Shown piece after piece: positions 25,637 through 35,068 of a stretch of DNA of 45,331 bases. Made by a program: the position numbers and the translations under genes. The notes under the pieces are model-generated. The model was not told the DNA's origin. It saw only the letters and a list, made by a program, of their open reading frames with translations, and did no database searches. Positions within the stretch are counted from its first letter, which is position 1; the number at the start of each line of letters is the position of its first letter. The DNA is from Deltaproteobacteria bacterium (GTDB taxonomy: Bacteria > Desulfobacterota > JADFXK01), in NCBI GenBank assembly GCA_015233625.1, contig JADFXK010000003.1, forward strand, positions 1-45,331, given 5' to 3'.

Positions 25637-26602
25637 TCACAGGCCTTCTTTTTCCAGTTCTTGAATGATCTGTTTCTGCTTTTTGGTCAGGTTGGCCGGG
25701 ACCTGGACAATTATCTTGACGTGCTCATCACCGGTGCCGCGTTTGTTGAAAAAGGGGAGTCCGTATCCTTTTAGTCGCAACTTACTGTGGCTCTGAGTTC
25801 CAGGTGGGACTTTAACGCTTAAGGTTTTGCCGTCGAGGGTAGGCACTTCGACACAAGTCCCCAGCACCGCCTGGGTGAAGGGAATAGTCTTTTCCACGAC
25901 CAGGTCATCTCCATCTCGGATAAAAACGGGATGATCAAGGATTTTCATTTGAATATACAGATCGCCCGTTTCGCCACCGCCTTGCCCCGGTTCGCCTTTT
26001 CCAGGCAACCGGAGTTTCTTCCCGGTCGTAATGCCTTTGGGGATCTTAATACTTATTCTCTGGGGTCGTCCACCCACCTGAATAGACACAATTTTTTCGG
26101 AGCCCGTAGTCACGTCTTCCAGGGTTACCGGAAGCTCGTAGGTGATGTCTTGCCCCTTGGCTGATTTGGTCCCGAAACCGGAACGGCCGCGGTCAAAACC
26201 AGGTTGCTGTTGCGAAAACCCGTCAAATGAATTGAACCCAAAGGAACTCTTCCGTGAGGAGCCGCCGCCCTCAAAGATTCGGCCGAAAACATCATTGGAA
26301 TTAAACCCGAATTCTTTGAAAATATCTCCGATGTCAAAGCCCTTAAAGATATCTTCCTGGCTGTAACGCTGATGAAATTCGGTAGAACCATAGGCATCGT
26401 ACTGTTGGCGTTTCTTCTTATTACTTAGCACCGCGTAAGCTTCATTCAACTCCTTGAATTTTTCTTCCGCGGCCCGGTTCCCTTTATTTCGGTCAGGGTG
26501 ATGTTTTAGGGCCTGCTTACGATAGGCCTTCTTTATCTCTTCTTCCGTGGCGGTCTTAGACACACCCAGAGTTTTATAATAATCTTTATCTGACATGAGC
26601 AA
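25637..26602 (-). CDS. cbpA: J-domain co-chaperone of the CbpA type (no zinc finger)
   Basis: J domain DYYKTLGV...HPDRN, a G/F-rich linker and DnaJ C-terminal domains. There is no CxxCxGxG repeat. Confidence 0.85.
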   Translation of the reverse strand: MLMSDKDYYKTLGVSKTATEEEIKKAYRKQALKHHPDRNKGNRAAEEKFKELNEAYAVLSNKKKRQQYDAYGSTEFHQRYSQEDIFKGFDIGDIFKEFGFNSNDVFGRIFEGGGSSRKSSFGFNSFDGFSQQQPGFDRGRSGFGTKSAKGQDITYELPVTLEDVTTGSEKIVSIQVGGRPQRISIKIPKGITTGKKLRLPGKGEPGQGGGETGDLYIQMKILDHPVFIRDGDDLVVEKTIPFTQAVLGTCVEVPTLDGKTLSVKVPPGTQSHSKLRLKGYGLPFFNKRGTGDEHVKIIVQVPANLTKKQKQIIQELEKEGL

Positions 26603-26741
26603 CTTTCACTGGCGTAATGTTACAATAATGTTAATCTGTTATGGAAAGACCAGGGGCCGGCTCTCGACCATTATCCACTTGAATATATTTTACTAAACTC
26701 TAATCACTTAATGGCCGGGTGTCAAGGCATGTTCTCCCGGC

Positions 26742-26790
26742 TGGTGGCTGGCTCCTCGTTGCTCGTTGATCGTTGGTTGTGGCTCGCTCA
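26742..26790 (-). repeat. Heptanucleotide array of 7 units in reverse orientation (family A)
   Basis: ctggtgg ctggctc CTCGTTG CTCGTTG atcgttg gttgtgg ctcgctc. CTCGTTG is the reverse complement of CAACGAG. Confidence 0.75.
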
Positions 26791-26813
26791 AACAGCCGGT
26801 ATCTGGCCACCAG

Positions 26814-27215
26814 TTAGTCATCGCTCGGTTTTTTTCTAATGAGCTGAAGCACCTTGCCATCTTGTTCCGGCCGCTTTTCCTCGGCTTCTTCAGCCGCACC
26901 GTCCTGACCGGTCTTTAAAGGGGATTTCTCCGCTGGGGCAACCATTCCTTTGGTCGGTGTTGGAGGTGGAATCCGCTCTATCCTGATGGGCGTGCCCCCC
27001 ATAGTGAAATCCGCGCCGGTTATTTGGTCGTTGTCGATGATCCAAACGACCTCCTGCATAGGCACGACCAACAGGAGAAATCTGACTTGCCACCAGCCGG
27101 GCTTGCGGTCGAGCGATATCTCCTCAACCCGAGCAAAGGTCGCCGGCTTGTTGTCAATATGGATCAAACAAACATCACCTTCAGTGATAGATTCTTTTTT
27201 TCGCACATCCGCCAT
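26814..27215 (-). CDS. Hypothetical protein (133 aa)
   Basis: Clean ORF upstream of, and co-oriented with, the cbpA-like gene. No family recognised. It is bracketed by oppositely oriented heptamer arrays. Confidence 0.45.
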   Translation of the reverse strand: MADVRKKESITEGDVCLIHIDNKPATFARVEEISLDRKPGWWQVRFLLLVVPMQEVVWIIDNDQITGADFTMGGTPIRIERIPPPTPTKGMVAPAEKSPLKTGQDGAAEEAEEKRPEQDGKVLQLIRKKPSDD

Positions 27216-27306
27216 TGGTTCACCCTCAAGTCCAGCGTTGGGCCAGCCGTCCCGGCTGTTGCCGACTAGTCTCTACAGACAAAAAAAAATGATCAACGAG
27301 CATAAA

Positions 27307-27348
27307 ACACAAGCAACCAGTAGCACGCAACCGGCAACCAGAAACCGT
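27307..27348 (+). repeat. Heptanucleotide array of 6 units (family A)
   Basis: acacaag CAACCAG tagcacg CAACCGG CAACCAG aaaccgt. Confidence 0.75.
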
Positions 27349-27478
27349 GACGATACTACCCAATCGTCGGTCACTTGACAAGCTAAATACAACCCCGAAG
27401 CCGAAAAAGAGCGGGCTGCCTCCGCCCGGCATCTATGGTTGAGCAAAAGGTCGGTCAAAAAAATGAAATGATCGCGGG

Positions 27479-27507
27479 TTGACTCTCTAACCTGTGACAG
27501 GTATACA
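27479..27507 (+). promoter_or_regulatory. Candidate sigma70-type promoter for the PP-loop gene
   Basis: TTGACT, a 17-nt spacer, then TATACA, ~40 nt upstream of the TTG start at 27549. Confidence 0.3.
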
Positions 27508-27548
27508 TCAAATGTTAATCGTCAGACACATCATAAAAGGAGAAAGAT

Positions 27549-28529
27549 TTGAAACCAGTAAGGGCCTATGGGCTTGTTTCCGGAGGTCTCGACAGCATCC
27601 TGGCGGCCCTGGTGCTGCGGTCACAAGGGATTGAGGTGACCGCGTTGACCTTCGTCACCCCGTTTTTCGGTCCGGAAAACGCCATCAGAATGTGCGCCCA
27701 GGTCGACATCCCGCTCAAGCAGATCGACATCACCGAACCCCACTTGGTCATGCTTAAAAATCCCGCCCATGGTTACGGGGGAAACATGAACCCGTGTATC
27801 GATTGTCATGCTCTGATGTTGAAAACAGCCGGCGAAATGATGATGGCCGATGGATTTGACTTCCTCTTTACCGGGGAGGTCCTGGGACAACGGCCCATGT
27901 CTCAAACTCGCGGGTCATTGATTGTGGTGGCCCGGACCTCGGAATTTGAAGGTTATGTGTTGCGACCGTTAAGCGCCAGGCTGCTTAAGGAAACCATCCC
28001 TGAAATAAACGGGCTGGTCGACCGCGAGCGATTATTGTCTTTGTCGGGGAGATCGCGCAAACCCCAGATGAAACTGGCTGCGGAATTCGGATTGATTGAT
28101 TACCCGAATCCGGCCGGGGGATGCCTGTTAACTGACCCAATTTTTTCCAGGCGGCTAAAGGATTTGTTCAAACATTCGCCACATCCTCCGGTCCGGGATA
28201 TCGAATTACTGAAATGGGGGCGGCATTTTCGTCTTCCAGGCGGGGGCAAAGCCATCGTTGGCCGAGACAAAGCCAATAACGAGCGGATCAGTGCCCTGGT
28301 TCAGCCCGGCGATGTGACCTTTCAGACCATTGGATGTCCCGGACCGCTGGTCTTGCTGACCCAGGGCAGCGGTGAAGAAGATGAGCGATTGGCCGCCACG
28401 CTGTGCTTCTCCTACGGAGACGCAGCCGAAGGGGAATCCGGGCGGGTCAAGATATCGGGAGATTCTTCCACCAGGGAATTGACGGTGGTCAAGGTGGCTA
28501 AAGATGAACTCAAGGGATACATGATTTGA
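27549..28529 (+). CDS. PP-loop ATP pyrophosphatase family protein (MnmA/ThiI-like tRNA thiolation enzyme)
   Basis: SGGLDS PP-loop at residues 11-16 and NPCIDCH, similar to MnmA-type enzymes. TTG start preceded by AAGGAG. Confidence 0.65.
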   Translation: MKPVRAYGLVSGGLDSILAALVLRSQGIEVTALTFVTPFFGPENAIRMCAQVDIPLKQIDITEPHLVMLKNPAHGYGGNMNPCIDCHALMLKTAGEMMMADGFDFLFTGEVLGQRPMSQTRGSLIVVARTSEFEGYVLRPLSARLLKETIPEINGLVDRERLLSLSGRSRKPQMKLAAEFGLIDYPNPAGGCLLTDPIFSRRLKDLFKHSPHPPVRDIELLKWGRHFRLPGGGKAIVGRDKANNERISALVQPGDVTFQTIGCPGPLVLLTQGSGEEDERLAATLCFSYGDAAEGESGRVKISGDSSTRELTVVKVAKDELKGYMI

Positions 28530-29517
28530 CGCTCCGAGACGGGAGACGGTCTCGAACCTGCGTCCAGAACCAATTCTTTTCCAGGGCTCGTTCAAAGGAC
28601 AGGATCCCGACGGCTCGCTGCGGGGCCAACCTGCGGCGTTCTTTGATCACATAAGGCAGCAGTTTAAGAAAAGCCAGCTTCCCCCGGAGAAAGGATCCGG
28701 CCCGACCCTGCCACGCCCAATAGATAAAGGCCAGACTCCTGATAACGAAAAGGTACGGCAAATATTTAATCATCAGGCGGCCCGGCATGTTTTTAAAATA
28801 GGCCAGTTCCACGTTGCGGTGGTTGTAAAAGGTGACAAAATCACTGCCGGGGCCCAGGGTTCCGCTGACTTTATGATAAACCACTGCTTGGGGGACGAAG
28901 AGGCAGGTTAGCCCGGCCCGTAAGGCCCTGAGATTAAAATCAGTATCTTCATGGTAGGCAAAGAAAATTTCGTCAAAATAACCAATCCGGTCAAAGACGG
29001 ACCGGCGATACAGGGCCGCCCCGGCGCAGGCCCCAAAAATAATGGTTTGGGATGAAAAGTCAGGCCCGTCGAATTGACCTTCACCTCTTTTTTTGGGCGA
29101 CCCGGCCACGGTGAAGATGTCCCCGGCACTGTCGATAATCCGACGCTGGTCAAATCGGAGGATCTTGGAGGCGCAATAATCAACCTCGGGGTGCTGGTCA
29201 AGGGCTTTGACCAATTCGGTCAACCAATCAGGATGCAGTTCCGTGTCGTTGTTTAAGAGGGCCAGATAATCACCATCCGCCGCACGCAGGCCCAGATTGC
29301 AGCCCCTGGCAAAACCGACATTCGCCTGCAATTCCAGCAACCGGACCTGGGGAAAATGTTCTTTAACATAGGGCACGGACCCGTCTATTGAGCCGTTATC
29401 CACTAAAATAACTTGAAATTCCTGATAGGACTGCCCGAAGACCGAATCCAGGCAGGTTTTCAAATGGCGGTGGCCATTCCAATTCAGGATAATAATGCTG
29501 ACCAATGGTGATCTCAT
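28510..29517 (-). CDS. Family 2 glycosyltransferase
   Basis: VSIIILNWNG, VDNGSIDGS and LNNDT (DxD-like), the typical GT2/rhamnosyltransferase-like pattern. It overlaps the convergent PP-loop gene by 20 bp. Confidence 0.85.
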   Translation of the reverse strand: MRSPLVSIIILNWNGHRHLKTCLDSVFGQSYQEFQVILVDNGSIDGSVPYVKEHFPQVRLLELQANVGFARGCNLGLRAADGDYLALLNNDTELHPDWLTELVKALDQHPEVDYCASKILRFDQRRIIDSAGDIFTVAGSPKKRGEGQFDGPDFSSQTIIFGACAGAALYRRSVFDRIGYFDEIFFAYHEDTDFNLRALRAGLTCLFVPQAVVYHKVSGTLGPGSDFVTFYNHRNVELAYFKNMPGRLMIKYLPYLFVIRSLAFIYWAWQGRAGSFLRGKLAFLKLLPYVIKERRRLAPQRAVGILSFERALEKNWFWTQVRDRLPSRSVKSCIP

Positions 29518-29550
29518 CGGGATATCGGTCCTGGCTGACTTGGGAAACGA

Positions 29551-29655
29551 AAATGTATCCGCAGATGGCGCAGATGGACGCAGAGGGATGAGATCCGCAG
29601 GCGTATGAGATCATTTGTCTCTTTTCATCTGCGTAAATCTGGGCAATCTGCGGAT
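29551..29655. repeat. Family B element: imperfect ~30-bp inverted arms built from CGCAGAT-type units
   Basis: Left arm ATCCGCAGATGGCGCAGATGGACGCAGAGG (29557-29586). The reverse complement of the right arm (29626-29655) is ATCCGCAGATTGCCCAGATTTACGCAGATG, about 25/30 identical. Confidence 0.75.
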
Positions 29656-29840
29656 TAAATTATGGCCCTTGACGCTAATCACTTAACGCACTCATCCAAC
29701 TCAGGTTTCAAAAAGGGCAGAATGACAAACTGAAAACCATTTGCTCAGAATGACAGAGTGAGAATGGACGGCCAAAGCCGGCATTGTCACGACTCCGGCG
29801 TTAAAAGTCAACAGGTTTTATTTGCCGTAAGGAGTAAAAA

Positions 29841-30860
29841 ATGCACTCACCATTTTTGCCGCGGCTGGCTGCTATAATTGTTATGCTGGTCTTGGCCGGT
29901 CCTTTCACCGGCTGGGCTGAATCAGAGCAGGGTCCGTTACAGGTCAAAAATCAGTTTCCACCTCATGTGATGTTCCTGACTCCATTGCCCGAATCCCCCA
30001 AATTATTGCCCCAGGGCAAGTTTCAGCTCTCCGCCGGGGTAGATTATTCCAGCGTCTTTGTGAATGAAACCTCCCGGAACTGGGCGGCGTTGATTGATAT
30101 GGAAATGCTAGCCCTCCGGCTGTCAGCCACATATGGTCTGTGTGACCGAGTGAATCTATCGCTGCACGGGGTGTGGCTCAGTATGAACAGCGGGTTCCTG
30201 GACGGCTTTTTGGATGAATACCATAATGCGTTTGGTTTTCCCAATTATGGCCGGGAGAGGCGGCCAAAGAATGAATTCGCCTATTATTTGAGAAAGGATG
30301 GCCAGGATTGGTTCCGACCCCAATCCGGCGGAGTCTATTTTGCCGACAGCACGGCCGAGGCCAAATTTTCCCTGTTAGAAGAAAAACAGACCGGATTCTT
30401 CACCGGGAGTCTGGCCTACACGGTCAAACTTCCCACCGGTGATTATGAACGCGGGTATGGGAGTGGACGAGCCGATCATGGCCTTTTTCTCTTGACCCAA
30501 TCCCGGGTGTCATCTTTCGTCATTCATTTTAGTCCGGGGGTCATTCTTTTGACCGATCCCGTAACGCTGGGGCCGGTCGTGCCGGTCCGGAATCTGTATT
30601 CGGCCGTGGCGGGGGTCGAATATCTGCTGAACGATTCGTGGAATTTGTTGGCCCAGTTGAACTATTACCGATCCCCTTTCAGCGACACGGGCATCAAGCA
30701 ATTGGACGATGACAGCCTGGAACTGGCCCTCGGGTTCACCTGCCGGTTGACTCGGCAAACGGGGCTGGAGTTCGCCTTCTGTGAGGACCTGTCTAAATCA
30801 GCGCCTGATTTCAATGTCCACCTACGGGTGAATTTTACGTCGGAATTAATCGAATTTTAG
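29841..30860 (+). CDS. Putative outer-membrane beta-barrel protein (DUF3187-like)
   Basis: Signal peptide, N-terminal GPLQVKNQFP motif, alternating amphipathic strands and a C-terminal ...SELIEF ending in Phe. SD AAGGAG. Confidence 0.5.
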   Translation: MHSPFLPRLAAIIVMLVLAGPFTGWAESEQGPLQVKNQFPPHVMFLTPLPESPKLLPQGKFQLSAGVDYSSVFVNETSRNWAALIDMEMLALRLSATYGLCDRVNLSLHGVWLSMNSGFLDGFLDEYHNAFGFPNYGRERRPKNEFAYYLRKDGQDWFRPQSGGVYFADSTAEAKFSLLEEKQTGFFTGSLAYTVKLPTGDYERGYGSGRADHGLFLLTQSRVSSFVIHFSPGVILLTDPVTLGPVVPVRNLYSAVAGVEYLLNDSWNLLAQLNYYRSPFSDTGIKQLDDDSLELALGFTCRLTRQTGLEFAFCEDLSKSAPDFNVHLRVNFTSELIEF

Positions 30861-31079
30861 ACTCAACATGGCGATATATATTGATATATTTTATAATGAG
30901 GGTGTTTCTTGAAGCATCTTGAGAAAACGTGTGGTTACGGTCGGGGTTAATCTGGGCTCAATTGACAAAAATAGATTTTTGAAGAAAATTGGCGAAAATG
31001 GGCGAAAACGCCAGATCTTCAATGTCAACAAAATTGTCAGTAACTCCTCGCCTGCCTCTAATTGATCGTAATGCAAGAG

Positions 31080-31460
31080 TATATTTTTGGGTCCAAAGGA
31101 ACCGATTTTTAATGAGCTTATTTTCCATCCCCAATATTTATTGCTTTAAATCAGTAAGTTAAATTCAGGGATGAACTAGCCTCGGCCAAGTATCAAAACC
31201 TGTTAAGACCGTCTTTGACATTTCCGTGGCGGTCATACTATAACGGCACCCATGTTGAGGCTGACAAGAAATTCTGAAATTTTCACCATAATGGCAATAA
31301 ACCACTTGTTTTCTTCAGGCCCCGGTAAACACTGCTAATTATATACCTATCAAGTCATAGTATTATGTGATTATCTACATTTATAAATAATATTCTTTGA
31401 TTATATTAGGTTAGGATAATAATGGACGTGCACCAGGTACAACTACTGATATTCTTATCG
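31080..31460. other. Candidate oriC / DNA-unwinding region upstream of dnaA
   Basis: This is the most AT-rich part of a 1.2-kb non-coding gap 5' of dnaA. It has one near-consensus DnaA box, TTATCTACA, at 31370-31378. Gene orientation is predominantly minus to the left and plus to the right. Confidence 0.35.
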
Positions 31461-32099
31461 GCTTGGGCATGTTGTCTTGTCTATCATTTCTTCAACAAAT
31501 GATAACGCGGCCAAAGGAGCGTCACGGGATGCTTTCGACTATCTTCTCAACATTTTGCTTAAATCCGGATGAATCCCGGCCTTCGCTGCGTTCTCTCTAC
31601 GTTTACTCCGCGTCTTCAGGTGTTATATTGTTCGAACATTCTTTTTCCGTTCTTCGTGCCGGACCGGCGAGTTCGCCGTCACCCCAGAGGCCAGAACACT
31701 AAACACCCGGCCATAGCCCTGGCAGCCGTCACCCGGCCGCGGGGCCGCACCGCCGAAGGGGGCCATCAGCTCCCTGCCGCAACAGGCGATTGGTCATATT
31801 GCGCCGCTACTTCTTGTAAAAAAATCTATATTATCATGAATAGAAAGGGCTTGTCTCCGGTCCTGACGGTTCGGATCGGTGGTCGTCCTGAGCTTTTTGT
31901 TTGTCTCTTCAAATGGTCTGACCGGCTGAGAGCAAGAGGATTTTTGTTGCTTATTTCGGCGTCGCCTCTTGATTCCGTCTCTTCTCCCAGATCTGGGTCG
32001 AGGCCGTTCTTATTTCGTTAGTATTTATAATATTTGTCATTATCTCCCGATCTCGAGCGAATTTTGACACTTTCCTTCAGCGATTCGAGGAATGGAAGT

Positions 32100-33431
32100 A
32101 TGGACTCCGCAAATCTGTGGCAAAAGGTGAAAGAAAATATTGAGGCTGATCTCTCTCCTCAAAGTTTTTCCCTTTGGATTAAACCAATTGAAGTAATCAA
32201 CTCCTCTGCATCGGACATCACCTTTGCCTGCCCCAATAAGTTTTTCGTCAAGTGGGTCCAGGAAAACTACCTCCGGCTAATTCAGGAGAGAATGCGCGCT
32301 TTGCATTCCTGGGAACCCAAAATCAATTTCAAGGTGGTGACCCCCCGGGAGGACAAAAAACTTGATCCTTCGCAAACTCAATTGATTCTTCCAGAATTTC
32401 CCTTAAACGCGCCCCGTCAAAAGCGGCTTAACCCAAATTTCACTTTTGATCAATTTGTCACCGGTGACGGCAACAGCTTTGCCTATTCCGCGGCCATGGC
32501 CATGGCCCTGGGCCAAAACGTACATAATAATTTTTTATACATGAAGTCGAACACCGGCCTGGGCAAGAGTCACCTGTCCCATGCGGTGGGGAATCTGGTC
32601 TCAGATAAGAAATCGTCGTGTCGGGTGATTTACATCACGGCCGAAGATTTTACCAATGAAATGATTATCTCCATCAAACGGAGTTCCATCGACGCCTTCA
32701 AAGAAAAATATCGGAAGAATTGCGACATCTTGGTCATGGAGGACATCCATTTTTTGAGTGGGAAAGAAAAAACTCAAATGGAACTAGGCTACACCCTGGA
32801 CGCCCTGATTGAAAATGAAAAAAAGGTAATCTTTACTGGATCGCTAAAACCAAATGATATTCCGGACCTTCGGGGAAAACTCCGGTCACGCATTTGCTCC
32901 TCCCTGGTCACTTCCATTGAGCCTCCGGACCTGACCACCCGGCGCCGGATCCTGGACAAAAAAACCGCCCACACCGGCGTGCGGGTGCCCGATGATGTCC
33001 TCGACTTCCTGGCCACCAAAATTACTCAGGATATCCGTCAATTGGAAAGCAGCCTGAAGAGCCTCATTGCCAGGTCGTCCTTGCTGGATCGTCCCATTAC
33101 CCTCGACATGGCCGTGGAGATCACCGAAGGGCTGACCGATCAACGCCGGGATGTCACGTTGGAGATTATTCAACAGCTCGTTTTGGATTATTACCAGATC
33201 AACCTGGATGATCTACTGTCTAAGTCCCGGAAAAAGAACATTGCCTTACCTCGAAGTGTTTGCTTTTATCTGTGCCGTAAATTGACCAACCAGTCACTGG
33301 AACACATCGGCCGGGCTTTTCAACGCAACCATACCACCGTGCTCTACGCCATTAACAAAATCCAGGAACAAAAAAAGAAGAACCAACAACTGGCCAGAGA
33401 AATCGATTTTCTGGAGAAGAAACTTGATTAG
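32100..33431 (+). CDS. dnaA: Chromosomal replication initiator DnaA
   Basis: Domain I (LWQKVKENIEADLSPQSFSLWIKPI), Walker A GLGKSHL, Walker B ILVMEDIH and domain IV RNHTTVLYAINKI. The ATG at 32100 has GAGGAA upstream; the ORF is open from 32034. Confidence 0.93.
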   Translation: MDSANLWQKVKENIEADLSPQSFSLWIKPIEVINSSASDITFACPNKFFVKWVQENYLRLIQERMRALHSWEPKINFKVVTPREDKKLDPSQTQLILPEFPLNAPRQKRLNPNFTFDQFVTGDGNSFAYSAAMAMALGQNVHNNFLYMKSNTGLGKSHLSHAVGNLVSDKKSSCRVIYITAEDFTNEMIISIKRSSIDAFKEKYRKNCDILVMEDIHFLSGKEKTQMELGYTLDALIENEKKVIFTGSLKPNDIPDLRGKLRSRICSSLVTSIEPPDLTTRRRILDKKTAHTGVRVPDDVLDFLATKITQDIRQLESSLKSLIARSSLLDRPITLDMAVEITEGLTDQRRDVTLEIIQQLVLDYYQINLDDLLSKSRKKNIALPRSVCFYLCRKLTNQSLEHIGRAFQRNHTTVLYAINKIQEQKKKNQQLAREIDFLEKKLD

Positions 33432-33486
33432 CCGATCCTAACTGCTGACTGGGGTGAATGACCATGTTCCCACATATCGTATTAAT

Positions 33487-34188
33487 ATGTCATATATAAA
33501 GCAAAACTTAGAGCTGGTCCGGGCCGAAATGGCCGCGGCCGCAGTCCGAGCCGGACGGGATGTTGGGGAGATCTCTCTCATTGCGGTGACCAAAACCTTC
33601 GGTCCCGAGGCGGTCCGGGAAGCTTGGGCCGCGGGGCAGCAGGTCTTCGGCGAAAACTATATTCAAGAGGCCAGGGACAAGATCGCCGCCGTCGGACCCG
33701 GACCGATCTGGCATTTCATTGGTCACCTTCAGACCAACAAGGCCAAGTACGCGGTTAAGTTATTCGACTTGATCCAGACCATCGACACTCCGAGTTTGGC
33801 CCAGGAACTGGATAAGCGGGCCGGTGCCGGGGGCCGAAGCTTAGACATCCTGATCGAAATCAATATCGCTCTGGAGGCGACCAAAGCGGGCGTGACCGCC
33901 CCCCAGGTCCCCCGGTTGATCGAGGCCGTCATGGCTTGTCCCCACCTGAACCTCCAGGGGCTAATGACTATGCCTCCATTTTTTGATGATCCGGAAGAAG
34001 CCCGGCCCTACTTCGCGGCCCTGCGTCGGATGAGGGATGAGTTCATTCGAAGCGGCGCGGCCGACAGCCGGAATTTGCAGCACCTGTCCATGGGTATGTC
34101 GGGCGATTATCAGGTGGCCATCGAAGAAGGGGCGACAATTGTCCGGGTCGGGACGGCCATCTTTGGGCAGCGGTCATCCACCTCGTGA
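33487..34188 (+). CDS. yggS: YggS-family pyridoxal-phosphate homeostasis protein
   Basis: LIAVTKT (PLP lysine), HFIGHLQTNK and LSMGMSGDY motifs. Start placed at the ATG 33487; an alternative GTG lies at 33454. Confidence 0.88.
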   Translation: MSYIKQNLELVRAEMAAAAVRAGRDVGEISLIAVTKTFGPEAVREAWAAGQQVFGENYIQEARDKIAAVGPGPIWHFIGHLQTNKAKYAVKLFDLIQTIDTPSLAQELDKRAGAGGRSLDILIEINIALEATKAGVTAPQVPRLIEAVMACPHLNLQGLMTMPPFFDDPEEARPYFAALRRMRDEFIRSGAADSRNLQHLSMGMSGDYQVAIEEGATIVRVGTAIFGQRSSTS

Positions 34189-34297
34189 AACCCTTCCTCA
34201 AGTCTTCTGCCAGACCAATACGTGCCGTAACCGGTTGTCATTCAAGGACAGACTTGCCTTCCCACCCTCCCGGCTTCATCTCTCCCCAAAAAGAACA

Positions 34298-34325
34298 TTG
34301 CCAACGTCGTCTTTCCTGATATAAT
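34298..34325 (+). promoter_or_regulatory. Candidate sigma70-type promoter
   Basis: TTGCCA (34298-34303), a 16-nt spacer, then a perfect TATAAT (34320-34325), ~110 nt upstream of the ORF at 34437. Confidence 0.4.
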
Positions 34326-34436
34326 CGTCTCGGGAGACTTTCCTTCGCTGTTACGCCTTACGCTGACAACAATGGCAGGGTCACTTGTAACCCTACTTCT
34401 CATAAGCGTCCAGTCTAGCAAAAGGACAGATGCGCT

Positions 34437-35039
34437 ATGGCTCACATCATACCATTTAAGGGTAAATCCGACCCGCTGGATAATGTCATATGTTCCAAAC
34501 CCATCCGTTTGAGGTGGGGCGAGTGGAAAGGGGGGCGGATAATGCAATGCACTAATTATGAGGCGGAAAAGTTCGAACAGCACCGCCGGGAAGTGTACCA
34601 GGCCGGGCATGGGAGCCATGTATCCTTTGTCCCGACTCATTTTCCGCTATCCATCGGCGAATCGCAAACCCTCTTGGGCTTGTACCAGGTTCGGGATCGG
34701 GAAGAGGACCTGGACCAGGTCTATTACCTGGCCGGGTTAATGGAGTGCCTGCTGAACTATCACCAGCCGGTTCTCCGGACGGATTTAATCCGGAAATTCT
34801 ATGATGAGATCAACATCCTCAAGTCCCGGCTGGGGGTCCACTGGCGTGGCAATTCAGACCATTTTCTCTTGCCACTGGCGTCCATGCACTACGACGCTTC
34901 CGTGTTCATCGTCGAAGTGGAACGTGCGACAAGCATGAAGGAGTTGCTGGCGGTGATCAAAGAGGGAACGGCCGAGCAATTGACTTTGCTCAAGAATGAA
35001 TACGTCTTTTACCTGCCCAAAGATCAATCTTTGGCTTGA
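34437..35039 (+). CDS. Hypothetical protein (200 aa)
   Basis: Clean ORF with normal composition between yggS and fumC. No family recognised. Confidence 0.5.
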   Translation: MAHIIPFKGKSDPLDNVICSKPIRLRWGEWKGGRIMQCTNYEAEKFEQHRREVYQAGHGSHVSFVPTHFPLSIGESQTLLGLYQVRDREEDLDQVYYLAGLMECLLNYHQPVLRTDLIRKFYDEINILKSRLGVHWRGNSDHFLLPLASMHYDASVFIVEVERATSMKELLAVIKEGTAEQLTLLKNEYVFYLPKDQSLA

Positions 35040-35068
35040 GTTGATCCTGACAGTCGACCGGAGCGGAA

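Noticed and set aside
31569-32021. The 150-aa ORF in the dnaA upstream gap.
   Set aside because: It has Arg/Pro/Cys-rich composition with no SD and no recognisable motif. The region is more likely non-coding origin or leader DNA.
31080-32099. Searched for clustered DnaA boxes and for RNase P, tmRNA, SRP or 6S RNA hallmarks in the gap.
   Set aside because: Only one 8/9 DnaA box was found, and none of the conserved RNA motifs I can recall. The oriC call is therefore kept at low confidence and no ncRNA is called.
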